A stretch of 59,355 bases of DNA from Candidatus Hydrogenedens sp. (GCA_049968235.1 JBMFRC010000020.1:1-59355), one strand, 5' to 3'; shown: positions 28,990-40,532, numbered from the stretch's first letter. A program made the numbers and translations. Notes: generated by a model not told the origin, from the letters alone.

Positions 28990-30750
28990 ATGAGTACAAA
29001 CAATCAGGGTGAAGTCGTTAAAGTATCCGGACCGTTAGTTGTGGCTCGTGGTTTAGCCGGTGCCAGAATGTATGAAATGGTGCGTGTCGGTGAAGCCAAA
29101 CTGTTCGGAGAAATTATTGAAATTCGAGGAGAGGAATATTCCATTCAGGTTTATGAAGAAACTGAAGGGATTGGACCGGGTCAACCTGTTTATAGGACAG
29201 GAGAAGCCTTAAGTGTCGAATTAGGACCCGGGTTGATTCGCTCCATTTATGACGGTGTTCAGCGACCACTGGATAAAATTGCGGCACAATATGGCGAATA
29301 CATAGTCCGTGGAGCGGAAAGTCCTTCATTAGACCGTTCATTAATATGGAAATTCGAGCCTGTTGCAAAAGTAGGCGACCATGTTATCGCCGGTGATGTT
29401 CTGGGGACGGTGCGTGAAACAAAATTAGTTGTTCATAAAATTTTGGTGCCTAATGGAGTAGAAGGGACCATAAAAAAGATTGCTCCTGTTGAGGGTAATG
29501 TTGATACCGTTATTGCGGTTATTGATACAGAAAAAGGACCGCGTGAATTAACAATGGTTCAGCGTTGGCCTGTTCGAGAACCCCGTCCCGTTGCGAAAAA
29601 ACTTCCACCCTTAGAGCCGTTAACTACCGGACAACGTGTCCTGGATATGTTTTTCCCCATGACCAAAGGGGGTACGGCTTGTGTACCGGGACCATTTGGA
29701 AGTGGTAAAACGGTTGTTCAGCACCAATTAGCGAAGTGGGCAAATGCGAATATTGTTGTTTATGTAGGATGTGGGGAACGCGGAAATGAAATGACCGATG
29801 TGCTCATGGAATTTCCCGAATTGAAAGACCCCGAATCGGGCGAACCTCTTATGGAACGGACAGTTCTTATTGCCAACACATCGAACATGCCTGTAGCAGC
29901 CCGAGAAGCAAGTGTGTTTACTGGAATTACTATTGCCGAATATTTCCGTGATATGGGCTATAGTGTGGCTTTGATGGCGGACTCAACAAGTCGTTGGGCA
30001 GAGGCTATGCGAGAAATGTCCGGTCGTTTAGAAGAAATGCCGGGTGAAGAAGGTTATCCCGCATATTTAGGGACAAGAATTGCCAGTTTCTATGAACGCT
30101 CCGGGAATGTTATCTGTTTGGGTTCGGACAAGAGAAATGGAACATTATCTCTTATCGGTGCGGTATCCCCTCCGGGCGGAGACTTTTCTGAACCTGTTGT
30201 GCAAGCAACACTTCGTGTTGTTAAAGTATTCTGGGGATTGGACGATAAATTAGCCTTCGCAAGACATTTCCCTGCAATAAACTGGTTAACATCATATTCG
30301 CTATATCAGGAAGTTGTAGATAAGTATGCAAATGAGCATTATAACGCAAGGTGGTCTGAAGTGCGTCGAAGGGCAATGGCTATATTACAAAGAGAAGCAG
30401 AGTTGGAAGAACTGGTTCGTCTGGTAGGTATGGATGCACTTCCCGCAGAAGACCGTTTATTAATGCAGGCGGCAAAGATGATAAGAGAAGATTTCTTACA
30501 TCAGAACGCCTTTGATGAATTAGATACATATACATCCATGGTAAAACAATTCCAACTTTTGAATACGATTTTGCATTATTACGATGAAGTTCGTCCTGCA
30601 TTACAAAGAGGTGTCCCTTTAACCAAACTTTTGACTTTGCCTGTTCTTGAAGAAATTTCAAAAGCAAAATTAATACCTGAAGATAAATTAACTCAGTTTG
30701 ATGAGTTACGAAATAAAGTTACAGAACAAGTAAAAGCATTAATGTCATAG
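28990..30750 (+). CDS. atpA: V/A-type ATPase catalytic subunit A
   Basis: Walker A GPFGSGKT. 586 aa with the non-homologous region typical of A subunits. Confidence 0.95.
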   Translation: MSTNNQGEVVKVSGPLVVARGLAGARMYEMVRVGEAKLFGEIIEIRGEEYSIQVYEETEGIGPGQPVYRTGEALSVELGPGLIRSIYDGVQRPLDKIAAQYGEYIVRGAESPSLDRSLIWKFEPVAKVGDHVIAGDVLGTVRETKLVVHKILVPNGVEGTIKKIAPVEGNVDTVIAVIDTEKGPRELTMVQRWPVREPRPVAKKLPPLEPLTTGQRVLDMFFPMTKGGTACVPGPFGSGKTVVQHQLAKWANANIVVYVGCGERGNEMTDVLMEFPELKDPESGEPLMERTVLIANTSNMPVAAREASVFTGITIAEYFRDMGYSVALMADSTSRWAEAMREMSGRLEEMPGEEGYPAYLGTRIASFYERSGNVICLGSDKRNGTLSLIGAVSPPGGDFSEPVVQATLRVVKVFWGLDDKLAFARHFPAINWLTSYSLYQEVVDKYANEHYNARWSEVRRRAMAILQREAELEELVRLVGMDALPAEDRLLMQAAKMIREDFLHQNAFDELDTYTSMVKQFQLLNTILHYYDEVRPALQRGVPLTKLLTLPVLEEISKAKLIPEDKLTQFDELRNKVTEQVKALMS

Positions 30751-30800
30751 AGTTATTGATAAATGTTAACCAACATAAAAATAGAGTGAGGTGAATAACC

Positions 30801-32180
30801 GTGGTTACGAAAGAATATCGCACAGTAAAAGAAATTATCGGTCCACTAATGTTAATCGAAGGAGTAGAAGGAATTACTTATGGTGAACTTACAGACATTC
30901 GTCTTGATGATGGGACGATGCGTCGTGGACGGGTTCTGGAAGTGCATCGGGACAGAGCAGTAGTTCAGGTATTCGAAGGTACCAGTGGACTGGCTCCCCA
31001 GGGTGTTACAGTCAAATTTCTGGGCAAAGGGGTTGAATTAGGTGTTTCAGGTGATATTTTAGGTCGTGTGTTCGATGGTTTCGGAAGACCGATTGACGAT
31101 GGTCCTCCTATTATCCCTGAAAAATGGCTGAACATTAATGGAAACCCCATGAATCCCTATTCACGAGATTATCCTAATGAATTTATTCAAACAGGTATAT
31201 CAACCATAGACCTATTAAATCCCTTAGTGCGTGGGCAAAAACTGCCGTTCTTTTCAGGGTCCGGTTTACCTCACTCAAGAATGGCTGCACAGGTAGCGCG
31301 TCAGGCAAGGGTATTAAAAACAGGTGAAAAATTTGCTGTAATATTCGCTACGATGGGTATAACCTTTGAAGAAGCAGAATTTTTCATTAACGACTTCCGC
31401 AGAACAGGTGCTCTCGAAAGAGCGGTATTATTTATTAACCTTGCTGATGACCCTGCTATTGAACGTATTGCTGTTCCGCGTATGGCTTTAACCGTTGCAG
31501 AATTTTTAGCATACGAAAAAGATATGCATGTTCTGGTTATTCTTACAGACCTTACCAATTATTGTGAGGCATTACGCGAAATATCCGCCGCACGAAAAGA
31601 AGTCCCCGGAAGACGTGGTTACCCTGGATACTTATACACTGACCTAAGTACGATTTATGAACGGGCAGGTCGTATTAAAGGGAAAATGGGTTCCATTACT
31701 CAACTTCCTGTATTAACCATGCCTGAAGATGATAAAACACATCCTATTCCAGACCTTACCGGATATATCACAGAAGGACAGATTATTTTAAGTCGTTCTT
31801 TGCATGCTCAAGGAATTTATCCGCCTGTAGATGTGCTTCCTTCTCTATCACGATTGAAAGATAAAGGAATTGGTGTTGGAAAGACTCGTGAAGACCATGC
31901 CAATGTAATGAATCAATTGTATGCGGCATATGCACGAGGCAAAAATGCAAAAGAACTGGCGGTAGTCTTAGGTGAGTCTGCTTTGAGTGATATTGACCTT
32001 TTGTATGTGAAATTTGCAGATGCCTTTGAAGACCGTTTTATCCGTCAGGGTGAAGATGAAAACCGTAGTATTGAAGATAGTCTACGGATTGGTTGGGAAT
32101 TACTTGGCTTACTTCCGAAATCAGAATTAAAGCGTGTAAGACCCGAATTTATCGAAAAATATTATCCCGAAAATAAATAA
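30801..32180 (+). CDS. atpB: V/A-type ATPase subunit B
   Basis: 459 aa. Motifs [24 protein letters not shown] and the degenerate P-loop region are typical of regulatory B subunits. Confidence 0.95.
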   Translation: MVTKEYRTVKEIIGPLMLIEGVEGITYGELTDIRLDDGTMRRGRVLEVHRDRAVVQVFEGTSGLAPQGVTVKFLGKGVELGVSGDILGRVFDGFGRPIDDGPPIIPEKWLNINGNPMNPYSRDYPNEFIQTGISTIDLLNPLVRGQKLPFFSGSGLPHSRMAAQVARQARVLKTGEKFAVIFATMGITFEEAEFFINDFRRTGALERAVLFINLADDPAIERIAVPRMALTVAEFLAYEKDMHVLVILTDLTNYCEALREISAARKEVPGRRGYPGYLYTDLSTIYERAGRIKGKMGSITQLPVLTMPEDDKTHPIPDLTGYITEGQIILSRSLHAQGIYPPVDVLPSLSRLKDKGIGVGKTREDHANVMNQLYAAYARGKNAKELAVVLGESALSDIDLLYVKFADAFEDRFIRQGEDENRSIEDSLRIGWELLGLLPKSELKRVRPEFIEKYYPENK

Positions 32181-32213
32181 AACCATAGAGAGAATGATAT
32201 ATAAGGTTGCTAT

Positions 32214-32846
32214 ATGAGATTAGCAGTAAATCCAACAAGAATGGAATTGCTTAGGCTACGAAAGAGATTAGTCGTGGCTCAGCGGGGGCATAAATTATTA
32301 AAAGATAAATTAGATGGTCTGATGAAGGATTTCGGGAGAATCACCGCCGAATATAAAAAGGCACGGTTAGAAGTAGATAAAGAATTGCCACAGGTTTTGA
32401 AATTATTTGTGTTAGCAGAAGCCACATCTTCGAGATTAATTGTAGAAGATGCTCTTGAATCCACAAGACAAGAGATGGACATTCAGATGAAACCTCAGAG
32501 ATTAATGAGTGTTCAAATTCCAAAATTAGAGATTACTTTCGGAAAAAGCGAAGGGGGCTACTCTTTGATTCATACTTCTTCTGAACTGGACAAAGCTATA
32601 ACGCAGATGAAAGAATTTTTACCGAAACTATTGAAAATGGCTGAGTTAGAAGAAACTGTCCGCAGGTTATGTCAGGAAATAGAAAAAACACGAAGAAGAG
32701 TTAATGCATTAGAGCATACCTTAATCCCACGAATGAAAGAAACCATTAAGTTTATTAAAAACAAATTAGACGAAATGGAACGCTCCACTACCAGCCAGTT
32801 GATGCGAATTAAAGCACAGCGATTAGCCCAGGAAGCGGGGAATTAA
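32214..32846 (+). CDS. atpD: V/A-type ATPase subunit D (central stalk)
   Basis: The 210-aa coiled-coil protein is in the last position of the operon. Confidence 0.8.
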   Translation: MRLAVNPTRMELLRLRKRLVVAQRGHKLLKDKLDGLMKDFGRITAEYKKARLEVDKELPQVLKLFVLAEATSSRLIVEDALESTRQEMDIQMKPQRLMSVQIPKLEITFGKSEGGYSLIHTSSELDKAITQMKEFLPKLLKMAELEETVRRLCQEIEKTRRRVNALEHTLIPRMKETIKFIKNKLDEMERSTTSQLMRIKAQRLAQEAGN

Positions 32847-32901
32847 TACATTATAAGGTCGACCAAGCCAAACTGGTTCGTCTGACCTGTCCGATAATAA
32901 T

Positions 32902-34143
32902 TTATTTCACCCAATTTGCCTGAATAGGTTCTTGAAAATTTCGTGCCTGTTCATTTACCTGAGCAGTCTTTACATCTCCAGAATGGATATACATTCGATA
33001 ACGAAATGATAAAGTTTCACCCTTCTTAATTGTATAATTTCCGTTTTCCGGTAAATTCTTGTTATATTCCTTTTCACGGAAATAAGAATAACCAAAACAG
33101 TTAGCAGCAAAGAGACCATATTTACGCACATGCCAACTAGTGGGATAGCGTAGATTCGAAGGATAGTCAAAAATAGCCAATCCCCTCCAACCAACATCCT
33201 TCATATCAGCAGAATAATCACACCATGGTGCCGGTTTGCCCCATACTTTATCTTCACCTATTTCACCATTGGCGATAGTTATGATTCCTTTAGAAGAAAT
33301 ATCTGGATGCATTCTTGCTGCAACAATTCCACCTTCTTTTGTATCCTGAAATTCAACATCTTTCTCTTCTGCTACAAAAGATACAAAAGCATCAAAAATA
33401 CGGGCTTTTTCAGGTGTATTGTAAAAACGATATTCGCGATTTTCTGTAACAAGATAATTTCCATCTTTGTCATACCACTTATTACTGCTAACAATCCAGC
33501 CATAAGCATCACCCGAGCCATAGGTTACATTTTCTACTTTTTGAATACCTGTTCCTTCTTCTTCTGTCCAGACATTAACACCGTTAATATTACCGTATGC
33601 CGACCAGAATGATTTATGATGAGGATGGTCCTGTGCAAATTTAGGAGTTCCTTCGGATTTCATTGGGTAATCTCTTGTAATTGTAACCTGGTTTTCCGAC
33701 ATTAAAGGCCAGAGAAATGGTTTTTTCCACTCTTTTCCATAGTAATATACCGTAAACAACTTGCCATTAATAGTAACCTTTAAGGTGTCAGGGACATCTC
33801 CGGGAATTATCTCAACATTCTCTACGTATTCCGCAGGTTTATCCGGAAGTATTACCTCATATATATGTTCCGTGTTAGGCATTGCACCTTCGGGAATACA
33901 TACAAATTCTCCATTTCGTAAAGTTGCAGGAAACTCTTTACCTGTCTTTGCCTCAAGTATTTTTACTAATCTATTTTCAGGAATGGTAGCATTGCAGGGT
34001 AAAACGATGATGGGATTGACCATTTTATAATCACCTGCTTTAAGATGAATTTTCATATGTTCCAGCGATTCAGAGAAAACGGAGGAAGTTAAAACAATCA
34101 ATAGTGTTGAAAAAATAAGCATGACAACCAACTTGCTGTTCAT
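32902..34143 (-). CDS. secreted protein of unknown function (PmoA/DUF6807-like)
   Basis: Signal peptide MLIFSTLLIVLTSSVFS. Trp/Tyr-rich ~390-aa mature domain. The family call is tentative. Confidence 0.4.
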   Translation of the reverse strand: MNSKLVVMLIFSTLLIVLTSSVFSESLEHMKIHLKAGDYKMVNPIIVLPCNATIPENRLVKILEAKTGKEFPATLRNGEFVCIPEGAMPNTEHIYEVILPDKPAEYVENVEIIPGDVPDTLKVTINGKLFTVYYYGKEWKKPFLWPLMSENQVTITRDYPMKSEGTPKFAQDHPHHKSFWSAYGNINGVNVWTEEEGTGIQKVENVTYGSGDAYGWIVSSNKWYDKDGNYLVTENREYRFYNTPEKARIFDAFVSFVAEEKDVEFQDTKEGGIVAARMHPDISSKGIITIANGEIGEDKVWGKPAPWCDYSADMKDVGWRGLAIFDYPSNLRYPTSWHVRKYGLFAANCFGYSYFREKEYNKNLPENGNYTIKKGETLSFRYRMYIHSGDVKTAQVNEQARNFQEPIQANWVK

Positions 34144-34309
34144 AAAAAAACTCCTTTAATTAAGTATTATGAGATATAGATTTGCTTTATTATAAACACT
34201 TATTCAGACATTTTTCAAAAGTATAAATAAAAGGGTAAGTCGTTTTAAATTGGAGAGGACTTTATAGTATTCTTATACGAATTGTCGAGAGAAATAAAAG
34301 GAATAGAGT

Positions 34310-35278
34310 ATGGAAACAAGAAGAAGTTTTATGAAGACATGTGCTTTAGGTTTTGGTTTAACAAGTGTTAGCCAGATTACTTTTGGAGGCACAGAAAAGG
34401 AACCGAAGAAAGAAAGTAATGAACCAAAGAGGTATCAAGGGGGAATTAGCCCCTGGCCATTAATTTTAAATACAAGCACAATAAGACCTGCCCCAAATTT
34501 ATTAGAAAAGATAAAGATTGCACATGAAACAAAATGGGATGGAATAGAACCGTGGATTAACGAGATAGAAGAATATGAGAAACAGGGGGGTAATTTGAAA
34601 GATTTAGGTAAACAAATTAAGGATTTAGGACTTATCGTTCCCAATGTAATAGGTCTGTGGGATTCTATGCCTGATGGAGAAGAAAACTTCAAAACTTCTC
34701 TGGAAGTAAATCGGAATCGGATGCGAATGTCCGCGGATATTGGTTCAAAGCATATTGCAGCAATTCCCGCACCTGATAGAGAGAATATAGACCTGAAATG
34801 GTGTTCCCGTTGTTATAAAGAATTATTAAAGATTGGTGAAGAAGAATATGGGATAAGGGTTGCAGTTGAGTTTGTAGGTTTCTTTAAGGGAGTTTATCGT
34901 TTTGGACAAGCCTGTGCTATTGCGGTAGATGCGGATGACCCACGAGCATGTATTGTTGCAGACACATTCCATTTATTCCGTGGTGGTTCGGGATTTTCCG
35001 GTTTAGAACTGGTTCAAGGGAAACTTATTGCCCATTTCCATTGGAATGATGTACCAGGAGATGTCCCTCGTGAAGAACAGGGTGATGCACATCGTATATT
35101 TCCCGGAGATGGAATACTTCCTCTAAAAGATACGCTAGTAACATTAAAGAATATCGGATATACAGGCTGTCTGTCATTGGAAATTTTTAATAGAGAATAC
35201 TGGAAACAAGATTTAAAAATAGTAGCGGAAAATGGTTTGAAGAAAATGCAGGAATGTGTTAAGTCATCAGGAGTGTAA
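34310..35278 (+). CDS. Tat-exported sugar phosphate isomerase/epimerase (xylose isomerase-like TIM barrel)
   Basis: Twin-arginine motif ETRRSFMKTCALGFGL. TIM-barrel family features (HFHWNDVPGD, LSLEIF). Confidence 0.65.
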   Translation: METRRSFMKTCALGFGLTSVSQITFGGTEKEPKKESNEPKRYQGGISPWPLILNTSTIRPAPNLLEKIKIAHETKWDGIEPWINEIEEYEKQGGNLKDLGKQIKDLGLIVPNVIGLWDSMPDGEENFKTSLEVNRNRMRMSADIGSKHIAAIPAPDRENIDLKWCSRCYKELLKIGEEEYGIRVAVEFVGFFKGVYRFGQACAIAVDADDPRACIVADTFHLFRGGSGFSGLELVQGKLIAHFHWNDVPGDVPREEQGDAHRIFPGDGILPLKDTLVTLKNIGYTGCLSLEIFNREYWKQDLKIVAENGLKKMQECVKSSGV

Positions 35279-35281
35279 TGA

Positions 35282-35932
35282 ATGCGATTTCGACTTCTTT
35301 TGCTTACAGGTATAGTGCTGTCTCTGTCCTTTATTTTTAGTTGTCAAAATAGCAATATATCAGAAAAGTTAAATGTAAATACGGAACTTAAATCCGAAGA
35401 AAGCCCCGATTTGTTATTAGAAGAAATATATTCCAAGGAGGAGGAAGAGGAAATAGAGGTATCTTTTAACGAGATGGCTGATAGCAAAGAAATGAATATT
35501 CCGGAGGGAATTGAATTCAGTAAGAAAGTTCCACATCTCTGGCCTATAAAAGATAATTCAGGATATATAAGTTCATGGTTTGGCGGTTCTCGCAGTAAAG
35601 GAGGTGGTAGAACAAGAGTTCATAAGGGAATTGATATTATTGTTCCATTGGGGACCCCTGTAATAGCAACTGCAGATGGAATTGTTCGTTTATCAGGAAC
35701 CATGCGTGGCTATGGTTTATTAATTGTTGTAGAACATGCAGATGGAATCCACAGTGCATATGCACATTTAAGCAAATTGTTAGTTAAAGTAGGAGATGTT
35801 ATTAAGGAAGGGGACATTCTTGGTTTATCCGGTGCTACAGGAAGAGTAACCACTGCTCATTTGCATTATGAAGTCAGAAAGGGAGAGAAATCTCTAAATC
35901 CTTTATGGTTCTTACCCGCTATGGAAGAATAA
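35282..35932 (+). CDS. M23 family metallopeptidase (lipoprotein)
   Basis: HKGIDI...ATADGIV...HLHYEV catalytic motifs. Lipobox SFIFSC. Confidence 0.8.
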   Translation: MRFRLLLLTGIVLSLSFIFSCQNSNISEKLNVNTELKSEESPDLLLEEIYSKEEEEEIEVSFNEMADSKEMNIPEGIEFSKKVPHLWPIKDNSGYISSWFGGSRSKGGGRTRVHKGIDIIVPLGTPVIATADGIVRLSGTMRGYGLLIVVEHADGIHSAYAHLSKLLVKVGDVIKEGDILGLSGATGRVTTAHLHYEVRKGEKSLNPLWFLPAMEE

Positions 35933-36161
35933 ATTTATCGATACGAATATGTGTCTTTATTTTTCCAATCAATTTCGTTTTAGGAGGGTATTGATTTAAA
36001 ATATAATATAGTTATAATCACGATAAAGTATTATTGACTTTATAAGGAGGCTGAATACTCTGATTACTGGTAATATCCACGGTTTAAAAGCAAATCAAAT
36101 AAAGAGGCTTGAATCACTTAAAAATAGAAAACCGGTTCCTACCCGAATAATTTCTGTAGAA

Positions 36162-37697
36162 TTGAGCCGAACTTTATGTGAATTATCTCACGAGATGGGA
36201 CGGCAGATAGGTGTCCTTATAGACCGTAAAGGAAGGATAACGGATGTTTGTGTCGGCGATGCCCAGTCAATCCCCATGCCTCCTATTGATAGGAGGACAT
36301 TAAACCGATTATCCGAAGTTCGACTTGTTCATACCCATTTAGGGACAAACACAGGATTGGACGATAATGATTTAAGTTATCTGGCTATTTATAGATTGGA
36401 TGCTGTTTCTGCAATTGAAGTAGATAATAATGCTCTTCCCAGAAGGATATATTTTGCCCATTTACTACCTGCCAATGATAAGAACAAATCATGGCAAATT
36501 TATCCACCGACTACGGTTTATGATTTAAAAGATGATTTCTTAGAACTCATTCAGTCTTTGGAAGAAGAATTAGAACGCAATCGTGTCTCCAATCAACCTA
36601 ATTTGAAAGGGGACAATGCTATTCTAATTCATGTATCTACCCAGCCTTTATCTATAATACAGGACTCCATACTGGAACTTTTAGAATTATCACGAAGTGC
36701 GGGAATAAAGGTGTTGGATAAAGTAATTCAAAGGAGACCTCCCGACGCGAGATATGTGCTGGGACAAGGAAAATTCAAGCAGATACTTATACGGGCAGTA
36801 CAGTTGGGTGCAGATATGCTTGTCTTTGACCAGAATCTGAGTCCTTCACAGGTAAAGTCCCTATCTGACTTTACCGATTTAAAAATTTTGGATAGGACAC
36901 AGGTAATATTGGATATATTTGCCCAACATGCAGTTACGCGAGAAGGAAAAATTCAAGTTGAATTGGCACAATTAAAATACCTGTTCCCATTTTTAGGGAT
37001 AAAACAAACGGCACTATCACGGTTAACAGGTGGAATTGGGGGAAGAGGTCCCGGTGAAACGAAATTAGAAATTGATAGAAGAAGAGCCAGAGACCGAATT
37101 GCCCAACTTGAACAGGAAGTGAAGGAATTAGGAAAACGAAGAGAACTAAGAAGACAGGTCCGCACAGTTCGACAGGTACCAACAGTGGCTATTGTGGGAT
37201 ATACAAATGCAGGGAAATCTACTTTGCTCAACAACTTAACAAATAGTACAGTTGTCGCAGAAGATTTTCTATTTGCTACCTTACACCCCGTTTCAAGACG
37301 ATTGCGTTTTCCTCGTGAAAGAGAAGTAATTATAATTGATACTGTAGGTTTTATAAGAAATCTGCCCAAAGATTTAATGTCTGCATTCCGAACAACATTT
37401 GAAGAAATTAATGATGCAGATTTATTATTACATGTATTGGATGTTTCATCTGAAGATGTTGAGGAAAAACACGATACCGTAGTAAAACTATTGAAAGATT
37501 TAGAATTGGATAGCAAACCACGAATTAATGTGTTAAACAAAATTGATAAGGCAAATCCGGCTATTGTTCAAGGATTAATTCAACAATACGATGGGGTCCC
37601 TATCAGTGCATTAGACCCTTCCACATTTAATTCCTTACTTGAAAAGATGGAGATACTTCTTTGGGGAAGAACGGCTTTATACGAATCAAAATTTTAG
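36162..37697 (+). CDS. hflX: GTPase HflX
   Basis: G1 GYTNAGKST, G3 DTVGF, G4 NKID, plus HflX N-terminal domain. The listed start is TTG without an SD. The reading frame stays open upstream to 36018, with AAGGAGG at 36044..36050. The true non-ATG start is probably near 36060. Confidence 0.8.
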   Translation: MSRTLCELSHEMGRQIGVLIDRKGRITDVCVGDAQSIPMPPIDRRTLNRLSEVRLVHTHLGTNTGLDDNDLSYLAIYRLDAVSAIEVDNNALPRRIYFAHLLPANDKNKSWQIYPPTTVYDLKDDFLELIQSLEEELERNRVSNQPNLKGDNAILIHVSTQPLSIIQDSILELLELSRSAGIKVLDKVIQRRPPDARYVLGQGKFKQILIRAVQLGADMLVFDQNLSPSQVKSLSDFTDLKILDRTQVILDIFAQHAVTREGKIQVELAQLKYLFPFLGIKQTALSRLTGGIGGRGPGETKLEIDRRRARDRIAQLEQEVKELGKRRELRRQVRTVRQVPTVAIVGYTNAGKSTLLNNLTNSTVVAEDFLFATLHPVSRRLRFPREREVIIIDTVGFIRNLPKDLMSAFRTTFEEINDADLLLHVLDVSSEDVEEKHDTVVKLLKDLELDSKPRINVLNKIDKANPAIVQGLIQQYDGVPISALDPSTFNSLLEKMEILLWGRTALYESKF

Positions 37698-38728
37698 GAA
37701 TACTCCTTTTATCATGTAGTATATTTCAATGCTCGAAAATCGGTGATATGGCCACTACAATAACACTGGCAAAAAATAAAATAAACGAGTATTACCAACT
37801 ACAAAAACAGATTAAAAATACTCCACCTTCCTCATCGCAGCAATTGCAAGAATTAAATCTAAAAGCCCGCTCTTTAATCAATGACGCTCAAATTATGTTA
37901 GAACAAATAGATGTGTTAAATTTAGATTTACCTGAAGGGATTAATACTTACCTGGATGTCTTAGAAATTCAGGGCCATCACGACCTGGTTGTCGAAATTT
38001 TACAGAAACTTGTTAGAAAAAATTCGGAGAATGGAGATTATTGGGTTCGATTGGGCTGGAATAATATGAAGAAAGGAAATAATTGGCTACAGGATGCCTT
38101 CCGTTGTTTTGAAAGAGCCGTAAAATTGAAAGTTTCCGAAAAAGAGAAAATACGATTATGGAAATCATTTGGAGATATTTATTGGGAATTAAGACAAATA
38201 GAACCTGCAAGAGAATCTTATAATAAGGCATTAGAGATAGGTAATGATATTTGGTCAAAAGTGGGTTTGGCAGGTATAGAGGTCGTTTATGGGAATATGA
38301 AAGAGGCAGAAGACAAACTTGCAGATATTGGTAAAGAATTACAGGAGTATGATGTCCCCGTTCGATTAAGAATGAGAGAGGCATTGTCACTATTTGAAGA
38401 GCAGAAAAAGAATATTGATGAAAAAGCAGAGACAATAATGGCGTATAGTCATATATTATATAGAGCAGGAAGGATAGAGGATGCTATTGCTACTGCGAAT
38501 CATGCTTTATTTATGAACAACCAAAATTGGGAAGGATGGAATTTTTTAGGTAGCATATATCTTCAGTTAGGTTACTTAAAGGATGCAGAAAAAACATTTT
38601 TAGAATCTTTAAAGGTAAATTCAGACCAGCCTAATTTAAAAAATATAATTGAAGAATTGTCAAAAAGAGGAAATACAAATCCACCGACCGATAAAAGCCC
38701 CCAACCTTTAATCTTTAGAAAAAATTAA
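37661..38728 (+). CDS. TPR-repeat lipoprotein
   Basis: Signal/lipobox ILGILLLSCS. Multiple TPR-like helical repeats (YWVRLGW, AFRCFERAVKL, ARESYNKALEI). The start overlaps the hflX 3' end. Confidence 0.55.
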   Translation: MGKNGFIRIKILGILLLSCSIFQCSKIGDMATTITLAKNKINEYYQLQKQIKNTPPSSSQQLQELNLKARSLINDAQIMLEQIDVLNLDLPEGINTYLDVLEIQGHHDLVVEILQKLVRKNSENGDYWVRLGWNNMKKGNNWLQDAFRCFERAVKLKVSEKEKIRLWKSFGDIYWELRQIEPARESYNKALEIGNDIWSKVGLAGIEVVYGNMKEAEDKLADIGKELQEYDVPVRLRMREALSLFEEQKKNIDEKAETIMAYSHILYRAGRIEDAIATANHALFMNNQNWEGWNFLGSIYLQLGYLKDAEKTFLESLKVNSDQPNLKNIIEELSKRGNTNPPTDKSPQPLIFRKN

Positions 38729-38783
38729 TAGTAAAAGTAGAATATCAAGAAAATAAACAGATATTGGTGCAATGTAATTAAAG

Positions 38784-38812
38784 TTGTGATATTAATAAAA
38801 ATATGATATAAT
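38784..38812 (+). promoter_or_regulatory. putative sigma70 promoter of the ffh-rpsP-trmD-rplS operon
   Basis: TTGTGA (38784..38789), 17-bp spacer, TATAAT (38807..38812), about 50 nt upstream of the ffh ATG. Confidence 0.35.
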
Positions 38813-38859
38813 ATAGTGCATTTCTATAAGGATTCCCATATAACTATTCGAGTAAAAAT

Positions 38860-40209
38860 ATGTTTGAGAACCTATCAAAAAAATTAGAATCTGCATTTAA
38901 ATTCTTTCGTGGTCAACTTCGGCTAACCGAAGAGAACATGAAAGAAGGGTTGCAAATAATTCGTGTCGCCCTTCTGGAAGCAGATGTTAACTACAAGGTG
39001 GTAAAAAAGTTTGTTGAGGATATTCAACAAAAGGCATTGGGACAAAATGTCTTAGAGAGCATAAATCCAACTCAACAACTTATTAAAATTGTATATGATG
39101 AACTTGTAGAAATTATGGGTGGTGAAAATCAGGACATTGTAAAAGCAACAACACCACCTACAATAATAATGATGGTCGGGCTACAGGGACAGGGAAAAAC
39201 AACATCTGCTGCAAAACTTGCGAATTATATGAAGAGGAAAAAAGGGCAAAAGCCGATGTTGGTTGCATGTGATATTTATCGCCCTGCAGCGATTAAACAA
39301 TTGGAAATTTTAGCACAACAAGCAGAAGTGGAGTATTTCTCTTTGGGTGCAGATGTAAATCCCGTCGATATAGCCATGATGTCAATTGGAGAAGCAAATT
39401 TAAGAGGTTGTGATGCTGTTATTCTGGATACCGCAGGAAGACTTCATATTGATACAGAAATGATGGCAGAAGTCCGTCAGATAGCCATGCAGGTAAAACC
39501 CCATGAGATACTTTTTGTGGCTAATGCTATGATGGGTCAGGATGCAGTCCGTTCAGCAAAACAGTTTCATGACACAGTGCCACTTACAGGTGTTGTTTTG
39601 ACACAGATGGATGGTGATGCACGGGGTGGAGCGGCACTAAGTATTATTGAAGTTACAAATTGTCCTATTAAATTTATTGGTACCGGAGAAAAGATTGATG
39701 CCTTAGAGTTATTCCATCCACGACGTATGGCAGACCAGATTTTGGGAATGGGCGATGTAGTCTCTCTTGTAGAGAAAGCACAAGAGGTTGTAGATAAAGA
39801 AAAGGCAATGCAATTCCAGGATAAAGTCCGAAAAGCCAGTTGGGATTTAGAGGACTTTTTAGAACAAATGCGACAGGTTAAAAAAATGGGAAGTTTCGGT
39901 GATTTAATAAAGAAAATCCCCGGAATAGGTAAGATGATACCTTCAGGTATGGATTTGCCTGAAGATGAATTAAAACATACTGAGGCTATAATACTATCAA
40001 TGACAAAGGAAGAAAGACGAAATCCGAAAATTATTAATGGAAGTCGCCGTAGACGAATTGCAGATGGTAGTGGGACATCGGTTCAAGAAGTTAATGCACT
40101 ATTGAAAGATTTTGAAAAAATGCGTAAGATGATGAAAGATATGGTTAAAGGAGCAAAAGGAAAAATTCCGAAAGGAATTGGACCTTTTATGCCCGGAGGT
40201 ATGATGTAA
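38860..40209 (+). CDS. ffh: signal recognition particle protein Ffh
   Basis: N-domain. G-domain GLQGQGKTT, DTAGR, TQMDGD. Met-rich M-domain C-terminus. Confidence 0.95.
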   Translation: MFENLSKKLESAFKFFRGQLRLTEENMKEGLQIIRVALLEADVNYKVVKKFVEDIQQKALGQNVLESINPTQQLIKIVYDELVEIMGGENQDIVKATTPPTIIMMVGLQGQGKTTSAAKLANYMKRKKGQKPMLVACDIYRPAAIKQLEILAQQAEVEYFSLGADVNPVDIAMMSIGEANLRGCDAVILDTAGRLHIDTEMMAEVRQIAMQVKPHEILFVANAMMGQDAVRSAKQFHDTVPLTGVVLTQMDGDARGGAALSIIEVTNCPIKFIGTGEKIDALELFHPRRMADQILGMGDVVSLVEKAQEVVDKEKAMQFQDKVRKASWDLEDFLEQMRQVKKMGSFGDLIKKIPGIGKMIPSGMDLPEDELKHTEAIILSMTKEERRNPKIINGSRRRRIADGSGTSVQEVNALLKDFEKMRKMMKDMVKGAKGKIPKGIGPFMPGGMM

Positions 40210-40268
40210 TAGGAAGAACAAATTAATATTAACATATAACACAGAAGGATAATAAAGAAAGGAAAATT

Positions 40269-40532
40269 ATGGCAACAGTAATACGGTTAAAAAGAGGTGG
40301 AAGAACTCATGACCCTTACTATCGCATAGTGGTTATGGATTCGAGAGAAAGAAGACAGGGAAAAGAGATAGATATTATTGGGTTTTATCAGCCCAAGGCT
40401 CGCCCCGAACCTATTACAAATATTGATGAAGAAAAGTTAAAACAATGGTTAAATAAAGGTGTTCGCACATCCGATACAGTACGTTCACTCATTAAAAAGA
40501 TGGGTATTTTGAAAAATACCACGAACGCTTAA
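40269..40532 (+). CDS. rpsP: 30S ribosomal protein S16
   Basis: MATVIRLKRGGRTHDPYYRIVV is the canonical S16 N-terminus. Confidence 0.9.
   Translation: MATVIRLKRGGRTHDPYYRIVVMDSRERRQGKEIDIIGFYQPKARPEPITNIDEEKLKQWLNKGVRTSDTVRSLIKKMGILKNTTNA

Noticed and set aside
32856-32888. Possible bidirectional terminator between atpD and the convergent secreted-protein gene (AGGTC...GACCT).
   Set aside because: Only short, interrupted stems with a large internal loop and no U-tract on either strand. It cannot be supported without folding.
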